DNA of 64,000 nt from Oceanispirochaeta sp. (GCA_963663385.2 CAXXXD010000002.1:288001-352000); one strand, 5' to 3'. Positions 48,770 to 58,999 are shown, numbered from the stretch's first letter. Program-made: numbers and translations. Notes: generated by a model not told the origin, from the letters alone.

Positions 48770-50074
48770 TCAGCTGTACTTGTCCTGTTCCTTTCCATCC
48801 CAGAAAATCCGTATGGTGCCGGTGGATTCGGAAATAACCACCGATACCACCGGAGCAACCAGGGTAATCCCTCTGGCTGCGGCGTGTCTGGCTCCCAGAC
48901 CGGGGGGCAGGGCAGCCGTATTGGGAGGAACGGACAGGTAGGTCCCCACCGAGTGGATCTGACCGTCATTGCCGATAATAAAAGCGCCGTCGATTTTGGA
49001 GAATTCCTTGATGGTTTCACTGAGGCTGGGGTCCAGAATACTCCTGTTCCGGTGAGACATTCCCCCGAAGGGGTTTATTATCAGCTGTTTGCAGTAGGGC
49101 TCCACTTTTCTGTATTCACCGACAACAAATATTGTCCCCACCGGCTTACCTTCCCTGCCCTGACGGGCCAGTTCGGAAGCCAGATAAATAACGCGGCTCA
49201 GGATCTCCAGGTTAATCTTGTGGGGTATCCGGTAGCTCAATATGCGGCTTTCATTGTAAAGGTCCCAGGGGATGGATGTCAGAGAGATATTATGGGGCAT
49301 ATCATTGTGTTCGAATCCGGATATGCAGATAAGAATTTCTCCCTCCCGCAGCCTTTCCCGGGTCCAGAGCTCCCGGAGGACATCTTTTTCATGGTTTAAA
49401 TTCCCTTCTATCAGAAATACTTCATCAATCCGGGTTCCGACAGAGCTCAGCTGCTCCTCCATCTCCTTCAGGTTGGTAACCAGAGACAGGCGGTTGGATT
49501 TTAATTCCTTAAGCAGCTTGATTACCCGGGAGGGGATATTGGAAAAAAGCAGCACCTTTGATCTGGTGGAACTCTCCAGCAGACCCGCAATCTGCCGGAC
49601 AAGAGCGTGGGTCATCCTCTCCTTTTCCTGGGGGATATTCCTCTGCCTGAATTTCCCGGCGTCCTCAAGTATCCGGATAATCCCTTCGGGTGTATCGGCG
49701 CAGGCCAGTTTCTCCTGTATTCCCGGGACCTGCATAATGGCAGCCATTTCTGCAAGGTTCTTCAGATGATCATCCTCATGACAGACAAGAAGAACGACAA
49801 TATGTACTATCTCCCCCGATGAATCCCACTCCACACCCGTCCGGGAGTAACCGGCGCAGATAACTGGCTCCATTTCTGTCTGAATTTTGGCATGGGGAAA
49901 AGCAAGACCTTTTTCGGCAACCGTTGTGGCCGCCCTCTCCCTTTCCAGGCATTCCTCCAGAATGGAATTTTTCATTTCCTGAGAGGCGGAGGGCAGGCAG
50001 CTTTCTACCATCTCTCCAAGAACCTGCTCCTTATCCTCCGACTGAATTAATACAGCGCTCATTTTTGTGATCAT
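48770..50074 (-). CDS. PTS EIIA-domain / diadenylate cyclase fusion
   Basis: N-terminal ERE...T...GLAFPHA (EIIA phospho-His); C-terminal GREGKPVGT, NPF, KIDGAFII, GLGARHAAA, ISESTG. Confidence 0.88.
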   Translation of the reverse strand: MITKMSAVLIQSEDKEQVLGEMVESCLPSASQEMKNSILEECLERERAATTVAEKGLAFPHAKIQTEMEPVICAGYSRTGVEWDSSGEIVHIVVLLVCHEDDHLKNLAEMAAIMQVPGIQEKLACADTPEGIIRILEDAGKFRQRNIPQEKERMTHALVRQIAGLLESSTRSKVLLFSNIPSRVIKLLKELKSNRLSLVTNLKEMEEQLSSVGTRIDEVFLIEGNLNHEKDVLRELWTRERLREGEILICISGFEHNDMPHNISLTSIPWDLYNESRILSYRIPHKINLEILSRVIYLASELARQGREGKPVGTIFVVGEYRKVEPYCKQLIINPFGGMSHRNRSILDPSLSETIKEFSKIDGAFIIGNDGQIHSVGTYLSVPPNTAALPPGLGARHAAARGITLVAPVVSVVISESTGTIRIFWDGKEQDKYS

Positions 50075-50163
50075 GGGATCCTCCACTGTCTTCACTGAAT
50101 TATAGTACTATTCTGCAGGACTTTCTTAAAAGCATATAAATGTTATAAATCCCTGTGGAAAGC

Positions 50164-50197
50164 TTCCTGTACAGCTATAAAAGTAGCTGTACAGGAA
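50164..50197. repeat. Perfect 14-bp inverted repeat in a divergent intergenic region
   Basis: TTCCTGTACAGCTA-TAAAAG-TAGCTGTACAGGAA. Confidence 0.9.
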
Positions 50198-50260
50198 AAA
50201 GGGTGATTCAACTTTTTTTCTATGAGCCCCTATCCTATACTCTAAATCAGGAGAAGATCT

Positions 50261-51528
50261 ATGATCCCTTCAGTAAACCCTTTAGTTTTGAATTTAAAAG
50301 AATCGGCCACTCTGTTAATCAATAATCAGATTAAAGAGATGCGGAGTAAAGGGAAGGTGGTCTCTCATTTCGGCTTCGGCCAGGCGGCGTTTCCCGTACC
50401 CGGTCTGCTGGTTGATGCCCTCCGGGAGCATGCCGGGGAAAACTCCTACCTGCCGACGCAGGGACTCCTGGAGCTGCGGGAAGCCTTCTGTGGATTCCTG
50501 GACAGGGAATTCTCTCTGAAATATTCCCCCGGCGATATTTTTATCGGCCCCGGGAGCAAGGAACTGATTTTTCAGGTAAGTTATATGGTTGAAGGGGTAC
50601 TGCTGGTACCGGCCCCAGCTGGGTGAGCTACGGTCCCCAGGCGACCATCCGGGGTAAAAAACTCGTACCCATAGAAACGCAGCGGGAGAACGGGTACAAA
50701 CTGAAGCCCCGCGAACTGGACCAGGCCTGTCATACCCTGGTGCAGGAACAGAAACTCCTGATTCTGAATAATCCCAATAACCCTACAGACTGTGTGTATT
50801 CTGAAGAGGAACTGCGGGAGCTGGCAGATATCTGCAGGGCCTATAATGTGGTGGTTATTTCCGATGAAATCTATGCCATGATTGATTTTACCGGAAAAGG
50901 GCATACCAGCATTGCCTCGTATTATCCCGAGGGAACGATTATCTCGACCGGTCTTTCCAAGTCTTTTGCGGCGGGAGGATATCGGTTGGGAGTTATGGTC
51001 ATCCCCGATTCCCTGGGGGTTCTCAAGGGCGCTCTCAAATCCATAATAAGTGAAACATTCAGCGCTGTGAGCGCTCCCATACAGTATGCCGCCAGGGAAG
51101 CGTACAGCCGTTTTGATGAAATCCGGGATGAAATCAGACTGAATACGGAAATCTATCAGTATGCCAGCCGTTATCTTTGGAAACGGTTTCTGGATATGGA
51201 TCTTAACTGCCCCAAACCCCAGGGAGCCTTCTATCTGTTCCCCGACTTTGACAATTTCCGGGAAAAGCTCAGGAAGAAAGGAATCTTAACCGGGATCCAG
51301 CTCTCTAAGGAACTCCTTCAGAAGATCGGAGTAGCTTTTCTGCCCGGATCGGATTTCTATTTTCCCGCAACTAATCTGGGGGTCCGGGTCGCCTCGGTGG
51401 ACTTTGACGGGGTTTCAGTCCGGAAGAGCTGGCCTGAAGGGCCTGTTTCGGAGGAGAAAACAGGAGAACTGTTTCCCAGTCTGGTAAACGGCTGTAATTG
51501 TCTGGAGCAGTATTTGGAGGAGCTGTAA
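50261..51528 (+). pseudogene. Class I/II PLP aminotransferase (AspC-like) with a single frameshift
   Basis: One extra C in the C4 run at 50613-50616 restores PAPSWVSY; NNPNNPT, SDEIY, GLSKSF..GGYRLG. Confidence 0.85.
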
Positions 51529-51581
51529 TTATTTATTAACGGATTACTACTTTGCGGATTGAAGGCGGCCTATATTCTACA

Positions 51582-51613
51582 GGACATTAAACCACCGTAT
51601 TTCTCTCGAGAAA
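51582..51613. repeat. Direct repeat, left copy (att-like)
   Basis: GGACATTAAACCACCGTATTTCTCTCGAGAAA; 31/32 identical to 59135-59166. Confidence 0.92.
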
Positions 51614-51721
51614 AACGAAGAAAATACTTAAGACCGTTGTTTATATGGCTACTGATAAATAAAGGAAAAACCAGGAGGAACCATGAGTCGCGCTCCTCCT
51701 GTGAGGTCATGACTTGTCGTT

Positions 51722-52609
51722 TTAAAAGTAATCCGATATCTTATGCATTGCAGCTTCAATCGTTTTCTTCTCTGAATCGGTGAGAGTGCCGAAGGGTTTG
51801 CGGCAGTCGCCTATACTTAGCCCCAAAACGCTTAAACAGTACTTGGCGGCCGGAAAAACATTGATACTGACCAGAGTTTCGATAAACTCATTCAGTTTGT
51901 TCTGTAAAACCTGTGCTTGAGAAATTTCATTCTTATCAAAAGAGTCTTTGATTTCTCTGAGGAGTTTAGAGCAAATATTTACTGTGGTTCCAATGGTCGA
52001 TGAAGCGCCGGCATTCAGACTGTACAACCAAATTTCATCGAATCCATTAAATATCGTCTTTTTGGGAAAAGCCTGTTGGATCCGCTCCAGTTCAAAGAGA
52101 TTCATTGACGTATGCTTGATTCCAATAATCTTCTCATCTTCCAGGATACTGTTCCCCTTGGAAAATGATATTCCGGTAAACTGAGGAATATTGTAAACAA
52201 TAACGCCCAAATCAACCGAATCAATCACATCTCTATAGTACTGAAAGATTTCTTCCTGTTTATACTTGTAGTAAATCGGTGGAATCAGAGAAACCGCAGA
52301 TGCTCCATGTACTTCTGCATGTTTAGACAGAGCCACAGCCTCTCTTGTGCTTAACGAACCTGTATGAACAATAAAAGGAATATTACCGCCTGCTTCTTCT
52401 GCAACAATCTCCACTATCTTCATCCGTTCCTCTTTTTCCAGAAGAAGAGCCTCTCCCGATGATCCACAGCAGTAGATCCCTTCTACCCCATGATCCATCT
52501 CAAATCGAATTAACTCTCGCAGTTTATTTTCATCGAGCTCTCCTCCTGCTGTAGCAGGGGTAAAAAGGGCTGAATAGATCCCATCGTTTTTGATCGGCAG
52601 GCCTACCAT
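51722..52609 (-). CDS. DHDPS/N-acetylneuraminate-lyase-family aldolase or dehydratase
   Basis: GSSGE, PPIYY, YNIP, GIKHTS (Schiff-base Lys), NGFDE. Confidence 0.88.
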   Translation of the reverse strand: MVGLPIKNDGIYSALFTPATAGGELDENKLRELIRFEMDHGVEGIYCCGSSGEALLLEKEERMKIVEIVAEEAGGNIPFIVHTGSLSTREAVALSKHAEVHGASAVSLIPPIYYKYKQEEIFQYYRDVIDSVDLGVIVYNIPQFTGISFSKGNSILEDEKIIGIKHTSMNLFELERIQQAFPKKTIFNGFDEIWLYSLNAGASSTIGTTVNICSKLLREIKDSFDKNEISQAQVLQNKLNEFIETLVSINVFPAAKYCLSVLGLSIGDCRKPFGTLTDSEKKTIEAAMHKISDYF

Positions 52610-53433
52610 GCGGTCCATCCTCCATCCATGATCAAATTGGAACCGGTCATGTATTTGGATGCATCAGATGCTAAAAAGATTATGGCACCGTTGTACTCAT
52701 CAGCTTGAGCCATACGACCGATAGGCATTCTGTTACAGTAGTTTTTCTGAAACTCTGGGTCTTGGGTTTCTCTCCAGACACCTGAAGGAGTAAATGTATT
52801 CACACGAATACCCTTCTTGCCCCAATAGGTTGCACAGTAACGGGTCAGATTATAAATTCCTGACTTTGCGGCAGAGTATGCAACAGGTTTTATGAAGGGA
52901 ATGCCTGTTTTTTCGGCCTTGTAAGCATAGATATCCTGAATGGGGCTTACTATACCGTAAATAGAACCGATATTAATGATTGATCCGGGTTTTCCGGCTT
53001 TTACCATACGGGCTCCAACGGCCTGGGTCATCAGAAATGTTCCTGTCAGGTTTGTTTCCACTACCTCCCGGAACACATCTTCAGGGAACTCTTCAAAAGG
53101 ACCGGAGACTTCGGGGGGGGCACTGGGCTGAGTATCAATGCCGGCATTGTTCACTAGAACATCGGGAACTCCCCATGTGTTCTCCAGATCATCCAGAAAG
53201 TTATTAATAGAGTCTTTCTTGGTGATGTCGACGGCATAACATTTGACATTTCCGCTGTTTAGAATTGTTTTCCCCAATATTTTTTCAGCTTTTTCGGTAT
53301 TGGCCGAACGTGAGAGAACAGCGACGTTAGCCCCCCTTTTCTGGAATTCCTTTACGAACTCCGCTCCGATCTGTCCAAGACCACCGGTAATCACAACAAT
53401 TTTTCCTGATACATCAAACAATTCATCTTTCAT
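52603..53433 (-). CDS. SDR-family oxidoreductase
   Basis: TGGLGQIG, NNAG, GSIYG, YSAAK, DGGWT. Confidence 0.93.
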   Translation of the reverse strand: MKDELFDVSGKIVVITGGLGQIGAEFVKEFQKRGANVAVLSRSANTEKAEKILGKTILNSGNVKCYAVDITKKDSINNFLDDLENTWGVPDVLVNNAGIDTQPSAPPEVSGPFEEFPEDVFREVVETNLTGTFLMTQAVGARMVKAGKPGSIINIGSIYGIVSPIQDIYAYKAEKTGIPFIKPVAYSAAKSGIYNLTRYCATYWGKKGIRVNTFTPSGVWRETQDPEFQKNYCNRMPIGRMAQADEYNGAIIFLASDASKYMTGSNLIMDGGWTAW

Positions 53434-53453
53434 AGTTATTAATCCCAATTATT

Positions 53454-54569
53454 TTATTCAGTAACACTTGCAAAAAGTGTCAAACTATCATAGTTCAAAT
53501 CGACTCCGAGCCCCGGACGGTCAGGAATATTCATAACACCGTTAACAGGAGTGGGTGCGTTCGTAAATGTTGTCTCCACCAGTTCGTTAAACATAAATAA
53601 ACTCTCTAGTATGACTCCATTGGAGAAGGCGGAAAGTAAATGCATATGAATAAAATCGAAACCATGGGGAGCGTAGGCAATATTGTATGCCTGTGCAAAG
53701 GAGACCATCTTGCGGCCTTCGGTAAAACCGCCGCACCGGGTGATGTCCGATTGGAGATAGTCTATACATCCGTTTGCGATAAGATCCCTGGCACCGTACC
53801 GGGTGTATTCGTGTTCACCCGATCCGCAGGGGAGAATCCCTGCAGCCCTGAACCGTGCCAATCCCGGAAGGTCATCCGCAAAAACGGGTTCTTCAAAGAA
53901 AACAATGTTACAGTCTCTCAGCTTATACGCCAGCCTCAGGGCAACCGCAGAAGTGAAAGCATTGTTAGCATCCAGCATAATTCCCATGTCCGGTCCGATG
54001 GCTTCACTAAGCGCCAGAATTCGCCGGGCATCTTCATTCGGATTCTTCCCGCCGTCTACACCGATTTTGACTTTAATGGTTTTGAAGCCGGCCTCTTTCA
54101 TTACCTTGGCCTCGGCAATCAGCTGATCAATGGTATAGGAAGTCCAGCCGCCGGTAGCATAGCAGTCGATCTGAGTCCGTCTTCCCCCCAGAAGTTTGTA
54201 AAGAGGCAGTTCGAACATCTTTCCCTTGATATCCCATAGTGCAATGTCCAGTGCACTGTAAGCACAGAATGCCAGCCCCTTGCGTCCAACACCTCTCATA
54301 TAGGCAAAAATATCGTCATAGATTGCTTCGGTTTCCAGGGGCGACCGGCCGATCAGTTTCGGTCCGATGGAAGAACGGATGAACTCACAGATAGCTTCTC
54401 CCCCTACCTCATGGTAGGTGAGTCCATAGCCATGGATTCCGTCATCGGTAGTGATATCCACTACAACATACCCGATGGTTTCCACCTTTCTCGTGGCATC
54501 GGAGAAATCGCCCTTGGCTTTTGTTTCGATCAGATACGTATCAATTTTTATAACTTTTGAATCGTGCAT
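53454..54569 (-). CDS. Mandelate racemase-like enolase-superfamily enzyme (probable acid-sugar dehydratase)
   Basis: DIALWD..GK, KVKIG, DAN, EEP, GEH, D..RCGG, APH, PGLG. Confidence 0.9.
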   Translation of the reverse strand: MHDSKVIKIDTYLIETKAKGDFSDATRKVETIGYVVVDITTDDGIHGYGLTYHEVGGEAICEFIRSSIGPKLIGRSPLETEAIYDDIFAYMRGVGRKGLAFCAYSALDIALWDIKGKMFELPLYKLLGGRRTQIDCYATGGWTSYTIDQLIAEAKVMKEAGFKTIKVKIGVDGGKNPNEDARRILALSEAIGPDMGIMLDANNAFTSAVALRLAYKLRDCNIVFFEEPVFADDLPGLARFRAAGILPCGSGEHEYTRYGARDLIANGCIDYLQSDITRCGGFTEGRKMVSFAQAYNIAYAPHGFDFIHMHLLSAFSNGVILESLFMFNELVETTFTNAPTPVNGVMNIPDRPGLGVDLNYDSLTLFASVTE

Positions 54570-54600
54570 GTTTTAACCTCTTTTATTCAGAAAATGATAA

Positions 54601-55434
54601 TTACCCTTTTACAGCTCCGGCTGTCATACCGGCAACCAGATGCTTTTGGGCAAAAAAGAACATAATACAGACCGGTATAATCGTAACGATCCCTCCCGCG
54701 GTCAGAAGATCCCACTGAACCCCCAGCTGTCCGATAAGATTTTTCAGAGCTATGGGAATGGTTCGGGTGGAAACATTGGTAAACATCATGGCAAACGTGT
54801 ACTCATTCCATGAGTTCATAAAAATATAGATTCCTGTGGCCATCAGACAGGGGGTCAAAATGGGAAGAATAATCTTTATAAAAGCCAACCCTCTGTTACA
54901 GCCGTCTATCAGAGCGGCTTCTTCCAGGGATATCGGCAGATCATTGATGAATCCGTTTAAAAGCCATACAGAAAAAGGAATCGTAAAAGTCGTGTATGAA
55001 AAAACAAGCGAGGCATGAGTGTAGAGGAGCCCCAGCTTTCTCATAATGGCGTATAGCGGTATTAGCAACAGCACGGTTGGAAACATGTTATTACTGAGAA
55101 ACATGAGCATTAAGGCTTTTCTACCGGCAAATCTGTACCTTGAGAAAGCATATGCAGCCAGTGTAGACACGGTCAGAGAGACAATTGAAGTCAACATAGC
55201 TACAATAAAACTGTTTTTCATGGCAGAAAAAAAGTTGACCGTTGTTGTAAACAACTTTGTATAAGATTCGAACGTTATCACTTTGGGCCAGTAGGTTGTG
55301 GCACCGTACAGTTCGTTTTCCGTTTTGATGGATGTCACAAATGTCCAGTAAAAGGGGAATACAAGAAAGAGCAAGATTATGATTAAAGGCAGAACGAATA
55401 AGAATACCTGCTTGATATCTAATTTGTTTTTCAT
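54601..55434 (-). CDS. Carbohydrate ABC transporter permease
   Basis: LEEAALIDG EAA motif, WNEY, AGAVKG terminus. Confidence 0.93.
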   Translation of the reverse strand: MKNKLDIKQVFLFVLPLIIILLFLVFPFYWTFVTSIKTENELYGATTYWPKVITFESYTKLFTTTVNFFSAMKNSFIVAMLTSIVSLTVSTLAAYAFSRYRFAGRKALMLMFLSNNMFPTVLLLIPLYAIMRKLGLLYTHASLVFSYTTFTIPFSVWLLNGFINDLPISLEEAALIDGCNRGLAFIKIILPILTPCLMATGIYIFMNSWNEYTFAMMFTNVSTRTIPIALKNLIGQLGVQWDLLTAGGIVTIIPVCIMFFFAQKHLVAGMTAGAVKG

Positions 55435-56306
55435 TTTGCATCCTTGAAAGTGGCTGAAAGATAAGGAATGGCAACCAGAGAAAGAAGAATGGCCAGAAAA
55501 ATAGCCATAGAAGAAGAATAGCCAAGATTCAAAGCATTTCCTTTATTATATACATAGACACTTAAGGTCTGTGTTGAATAAGCAGGTCCTCCCTGAGTCA
55601 TATTGAATATGACGTCCACCGAGTTGGCAACCCAGATAATTCTTAATAACAGAGTGACAAAAAGAGTATTTTTGATTGAAGGAATTGTCACATAAAACAG
55701 ACGTTGAATGGGGTTCACTCCATCCATTGCGGCTGCTTCATACAATTCATTCGGAACAACCTGCAGTGCCGCCAGCAGCATCAGAGCAAAGAAAGGAATT
55801 CCCTGCCAGATAATGGCAACAATAACACAAGGTAGAGAACTGGATGTCAGCGAAAGAAAGGGAATGTTTTCTTCAATAATATGGAGTTTCATCAGGATAT
55901 CGTTCAATACCCCGAAGTTTCCATCATAAATCCATCGCCACATTAAGCCGATTAAAACACCAGGAGTAACCCAGGGGATCATACTGACAGCTCTGATCAC
56001 GCCGCGCCCTGTAAAATGATGATTCAGCAGAACAGCCAAAAGAAAACCGAAAACGAATTGAAAACCCACTCCGAAGAATACCCAGAGTAATGTTCTCCAG
56101 AGAGCGCCCCAGAAGAGGGGGTCTTTAAACATATTGATATAGTTCATCAGCCCAATGAATCCGATTTCCTGGGGCCGCCTGAGGTCATAGCTCTGAAAGC
56201 TCATTATAATTGCATTCAGAATGGGAATAAAAACCACGCCAGCGATGATCAGAACAGCAGGAGCAACTAATACATAAGGCCATATATTTTTATTTGTGTT
56301 TTCCAC
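55431..56306 (-). CDS. Carbohydrate ABC transporter permease
   Basis: IGL.NY, LYEAAAMDG, GGP. Confidence 0.93.
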   Translation of the reverse strand: MENTNKNIWPYVLVAPAVLIIAGVVFIPILNAIIMSFQSYDLRRPQEIGFIGLMNYINMFKDPLFWGALWRTLLWVFFGVGFQFVFGFLLAVLLNHHFTGRGVIRAVSMIPWVTPGVLIGLMWRWIYDGNFGVLNDILMKLHIIEENIPFLSLTSSSLPCVIVAIIWQGIPFFALMLLAALQVVPNELYEAAAMDGVNPIQRLFYVTIPSIKNTLFVTLLLRIIWVANSVDVIFNMTQGGPAYSTQTLSVYVYNKGNALNLGYSSSMAIFLAILLSLVAIPYLSATFKDAK

Positions 56307-56327
56307 ATATGACTCCTAAAGAGTTTG

Positions 56328-56355
56328 AAAAGGAGCGGTCTACACGGACCGCTCC
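56328..56355 (-). terminator. Hairpin/terminator after the SBP gene
   Basis: GGAGCGGTC-N6-GACCGCTCC followed by TTTT on the minus strand. Confidence 0.7.
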
Positions 56356-56380
56356 GGTTGTTATTACAATTTTAAATAAG

Positions 56381-57634
56381 TTATCTGTAAAGTCCTTTAT
56401 CCAGAGTATCCATACACTCTGTAGCACTGATCCTTCCAGACAATGCCTGAGCAACAGTATTCGGCCAGATAACAGAGATCCACTCTGTCGTTGTATCAAG
56501 AATAGGCAGAATCCCGGCATAACCTTGACTGTCGATAGAAGCTTTCATAAAACGATTGTCTTGAAAGAATGCGCTTTGGGATACCGTTTTGCTGACTGGT
56601 ACATTTCCTGTTCCTTCGCACCACATTTTCTGCCCTTCTCCTGCAGCCAGATAGGAAATCCATTCAAATGCAGCATCTTTATTTTTACTGGTTTTGAAAA
56701 TAACTGTTTCAGTATCACCCATAGAGGTCCACTGACCGTCTCCTTTGGGAAAAGGGAAGGCTGAAACATCTTCACCCAGGGCGTCAATCATACCTTTCGA
56801 AGAGCCTGTATGGTGAATGGTCATGGCTGTAATACCAGATTTGAAGTTTGTAATGATCTCACTGAAACCGTCGTTAGGAGCTGTTGGAGGAACATAGCCG
56901 TTATTATAGATATCCATAAAATCCTGCATACCTTTTACAGATTCAGTACTTTTCAGGTTTTCAAAGCTTCCGCCCCTTCCGCTAATGAAACTCCCCCAGG
57001 GTTCCTGACCACCTTTTGCTCCTCTCATACCATAACCGTACACATCGGTTTTACCGTCACCATCGACGTCCATGGTACATCTTTTAACGGCTTCCAGAAA
57101 ATCATTGTATGTTGCAGGAACACTAATCCCTGCTTTTTCAAAAATAGAAGGTCTGTAATATACATAGAGAACCTGAATATTCCAGGGCATGACATAAATG
57201 TTCTCTGAATTCCCAGCCTTTTTCATGATATTGTAAATATTGTTGTCAATATCATCTTTTTTTGACCATTTGTTGATGTAAGGTGTCAGATCTTCCAGAA
57301 GATCATTGTTGGCAAACAGGGGTGTGGATGTTAGTTTCCAGGTTGCACAGTCAATATCCCCTCCACCCATCATGGTATTAAAAAGGTTTTCTGAATATGC
57401 ACCTCCGTCCCAGGGAACCTCTTCCCCGACTACCAGGATCCCTTTACCATTTTCGGCATTAAACTTTTCAATTATATCCTGCATTAGTTGTGAATAATCA
57501 GTGTTATCAGCCCAGTACCTGAACGTTATTATTGTTTTACCGGAATCCTCGCTCTTTTCCTGTTGTCCCCCAGAAAAAAGAACAGAAACAATCGATATGA
57601 GCAGGATGCTCAAAACCAAAATTTTTCTTTTCAT
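56381..57634 (-). CDS. Sugar ABC transporter substrate-binding protein
   Basis: Signal peptide ending FSGGQQE; L.DLTPYI, YYR..IFEKAG, F.SG..AM. Confidence 0.9.
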   Translation of the reverse strand: MKRKILVLSILLISIVSVLFSGGQQEKSEDSGKTIITFRYWADNTDYSQLMQDIIEKFNAENGKGILVVGEEVPWDGGAYSENLFNTMMGGGDIDCATWKLTSTPLFANNDLLEDLTPYINKWSKKDDIDNNIYNIMKKAGNSENIYVMPWNIQVLYVYYRPSIFEKAGISVPATYNDFLEAVKRCTMDVDGDGKTDVYGYGMRGAKGGQEPWGSFISGRGGSFENLKSTESVKGMQDFMDIYNNGYVPPTAPNDGFSEIITNFKSGITAMTIHHTGSSKGMIDALGEDVSAFPFPKGDGQWTSMGDTETVIFKTSKNKDAAFEWISYLAAGEGQKMWCEGTGNVPVSKTVSQSAFFQDNRFMKASIDSQGYAGILPILDTTTEWISVIWPNTVAQALSGRISATECMDTLDKGLYR

Positions 57635-57663
57635 AAATATCCTCCTATAAATTGCATGACAGC

Positions 57664-57680
57664 AGATTGTCGGACAATCT
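57664..57680. promoter_or_regulatory. FadR/GntR-type operator (second copy at 57841-57851)
   Basis: AGATTGTC-G-GACAATCT palindrome; TTGTCGGACAA repeated just before the regulator ATG. Confidence 0.8.
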
Positions 57681-57852
57681 TGTTATTACTATGATAACAT
57701 GTAAGATAGATCTGTCAATATATTTTGATATAATTACATAATATATTATTATGCAAATATTTAATTAAAAACTCTACTGGAGGTGCGGAATATTGTCAGG
57801 AAAATCTTGACGACTATAATGATTAGTGTTAAGATAATTTTTGTCGGACAAT

Positions 57853-58575
57853 ATGATGAAATCAGTAAAAAGAGTGTCAGTTACAAAACAAATTGCAGAG
57901 TCTATAAAGGAATCGATCATTAGCGGTCAGTTCACAGTGGGAGAGAAGCTTCCAGCTGAAAACAAACTCTGCGAACTTCTTAAAGTCAGTCGTTCTTCCA
58001 TAAGAGAGGCCATGCAGGCCCTTCAGGTAGAAGGATATGTAGAACTGATTCCAGGTCGTGGAGCTTTCGTTCGAGATAACAATTCTCACGATTATGATAC
58101 AGTTAGAAAGTGGTTTATTGATTCGGTTCCGACACTTGAGGATTATACAGAAGTCAGAGAAGCCATTGAACCTCTTGCCATTAGAATGGCCATACAAAGA
58201 GGAACTGAAGAAGAACTGGAAAACCTTATTCAGATTCATAAAGAATTTATCGAAGCAGAAAAAGTGAAGAATGTAAGCCTTATGGCTAAACTGGATGAGA
58301 AGTTCCATACTCAGATTGTGTTAATGTCCCATAACTCTCTTTTAAATAAGATCAATACTCTTCTGGCCTCCGAGTTGAAAAAGTACCGGGTTATGTCTAT
58401 CTCTGTAAAAGAGCACTCGGACAATACCATCCGGGAACATGAACTGATCTGTGAAAGTATCAAAAACCGTGATGCCCGGCTGGCAACCTCGGCTATGCTG
58501 AAACATCTGGATATGACCCTATCGGATATGAACAAAGTTATTCATGGACAGCAGAAAGAAGACTATTCTCAGTAA
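57853..58575 (+). CDS. FadR/GntR-family regulator (wHTH + FCD)
   Basis: GEKLPAE..L...L.VSRSSIREA...L...G.V...PGRG.FV; D..FH, HN, EH..I; start reassigned from TTG 57841 to ATG 57853. Confidence 0.92.
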   Translation: MMKSVKRVSVTKQIAESIKESIISGQFTVGEKLPAENKLCELLKVSRSSIREAMQALQVEGYVELIPGRGAFVRDNNSHDYDTVRKWFIDSVPTLEDYTEVREAIEPLAIRMAIQRGTEEELENLIQIHKEFIEAEKVKNVSLMAKLDEKFHTQIVLMSHNSLLNKINTLLASELKKYRVMSISVKEHSDNTIREHELICESIKNRDARLATSAMLKHLDMTLSDMNKVIHGQQKEDYSQ

Positions 58576-58606
58576 CTAATCTCATAACAATAAGGAATCT
58601 CTTTTT

Positions 58607-58999
58607 ATGAAGATCAATAAAGTGGATCATATGACTATAGTTGTAAAGAATTTAGAAGACACTAAAAGGTTTTATGGAGAACTTTTAGGGTTTGAATTTC
58701 TTGAAGCGGTAAAACTGGGAGATCACATCTGCCACTACTTTAAAATTCCCGGCGGACAGAAACTGGAACTGACAGAATACCTCTATCATACCGATGACGC
58801 TTCTTTTCAGCCAAATGAAAGGGGAATTGTCCGGCATCTCGCTTTCGAAGTTGATGATGTAAAGGGACTTGAAAAAATACTGGAAGATGCAGGATATAAG
58901 TTCCACTGTCCCGTCGGTCATACTCCCGAACTGGGTGTAAACAATGGTCTGGTTCATGATCCCAACGGGGTGGAGCTGGAATTTGTTGAGTATGTGTAA
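58607..58999 (+). CDS. VOC/glyoxalase-family protein
   Basis: DH..I.V..LE....FY...LG, LELTEY, RHLAFEV, DPNG..LE. Confidence 0.9.
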   Translation: MKINKVDHMTIVVKNLEDTKRFYGELLGFEFLEAVKLGDHICHYFKIPGGQKLELTEYLYHTDDASFQPNERGIVRHLAFEVDDVKGLEKILEDAGYKFHCPVGHTPELGVNNGLVHDPNGVELEFVEYV

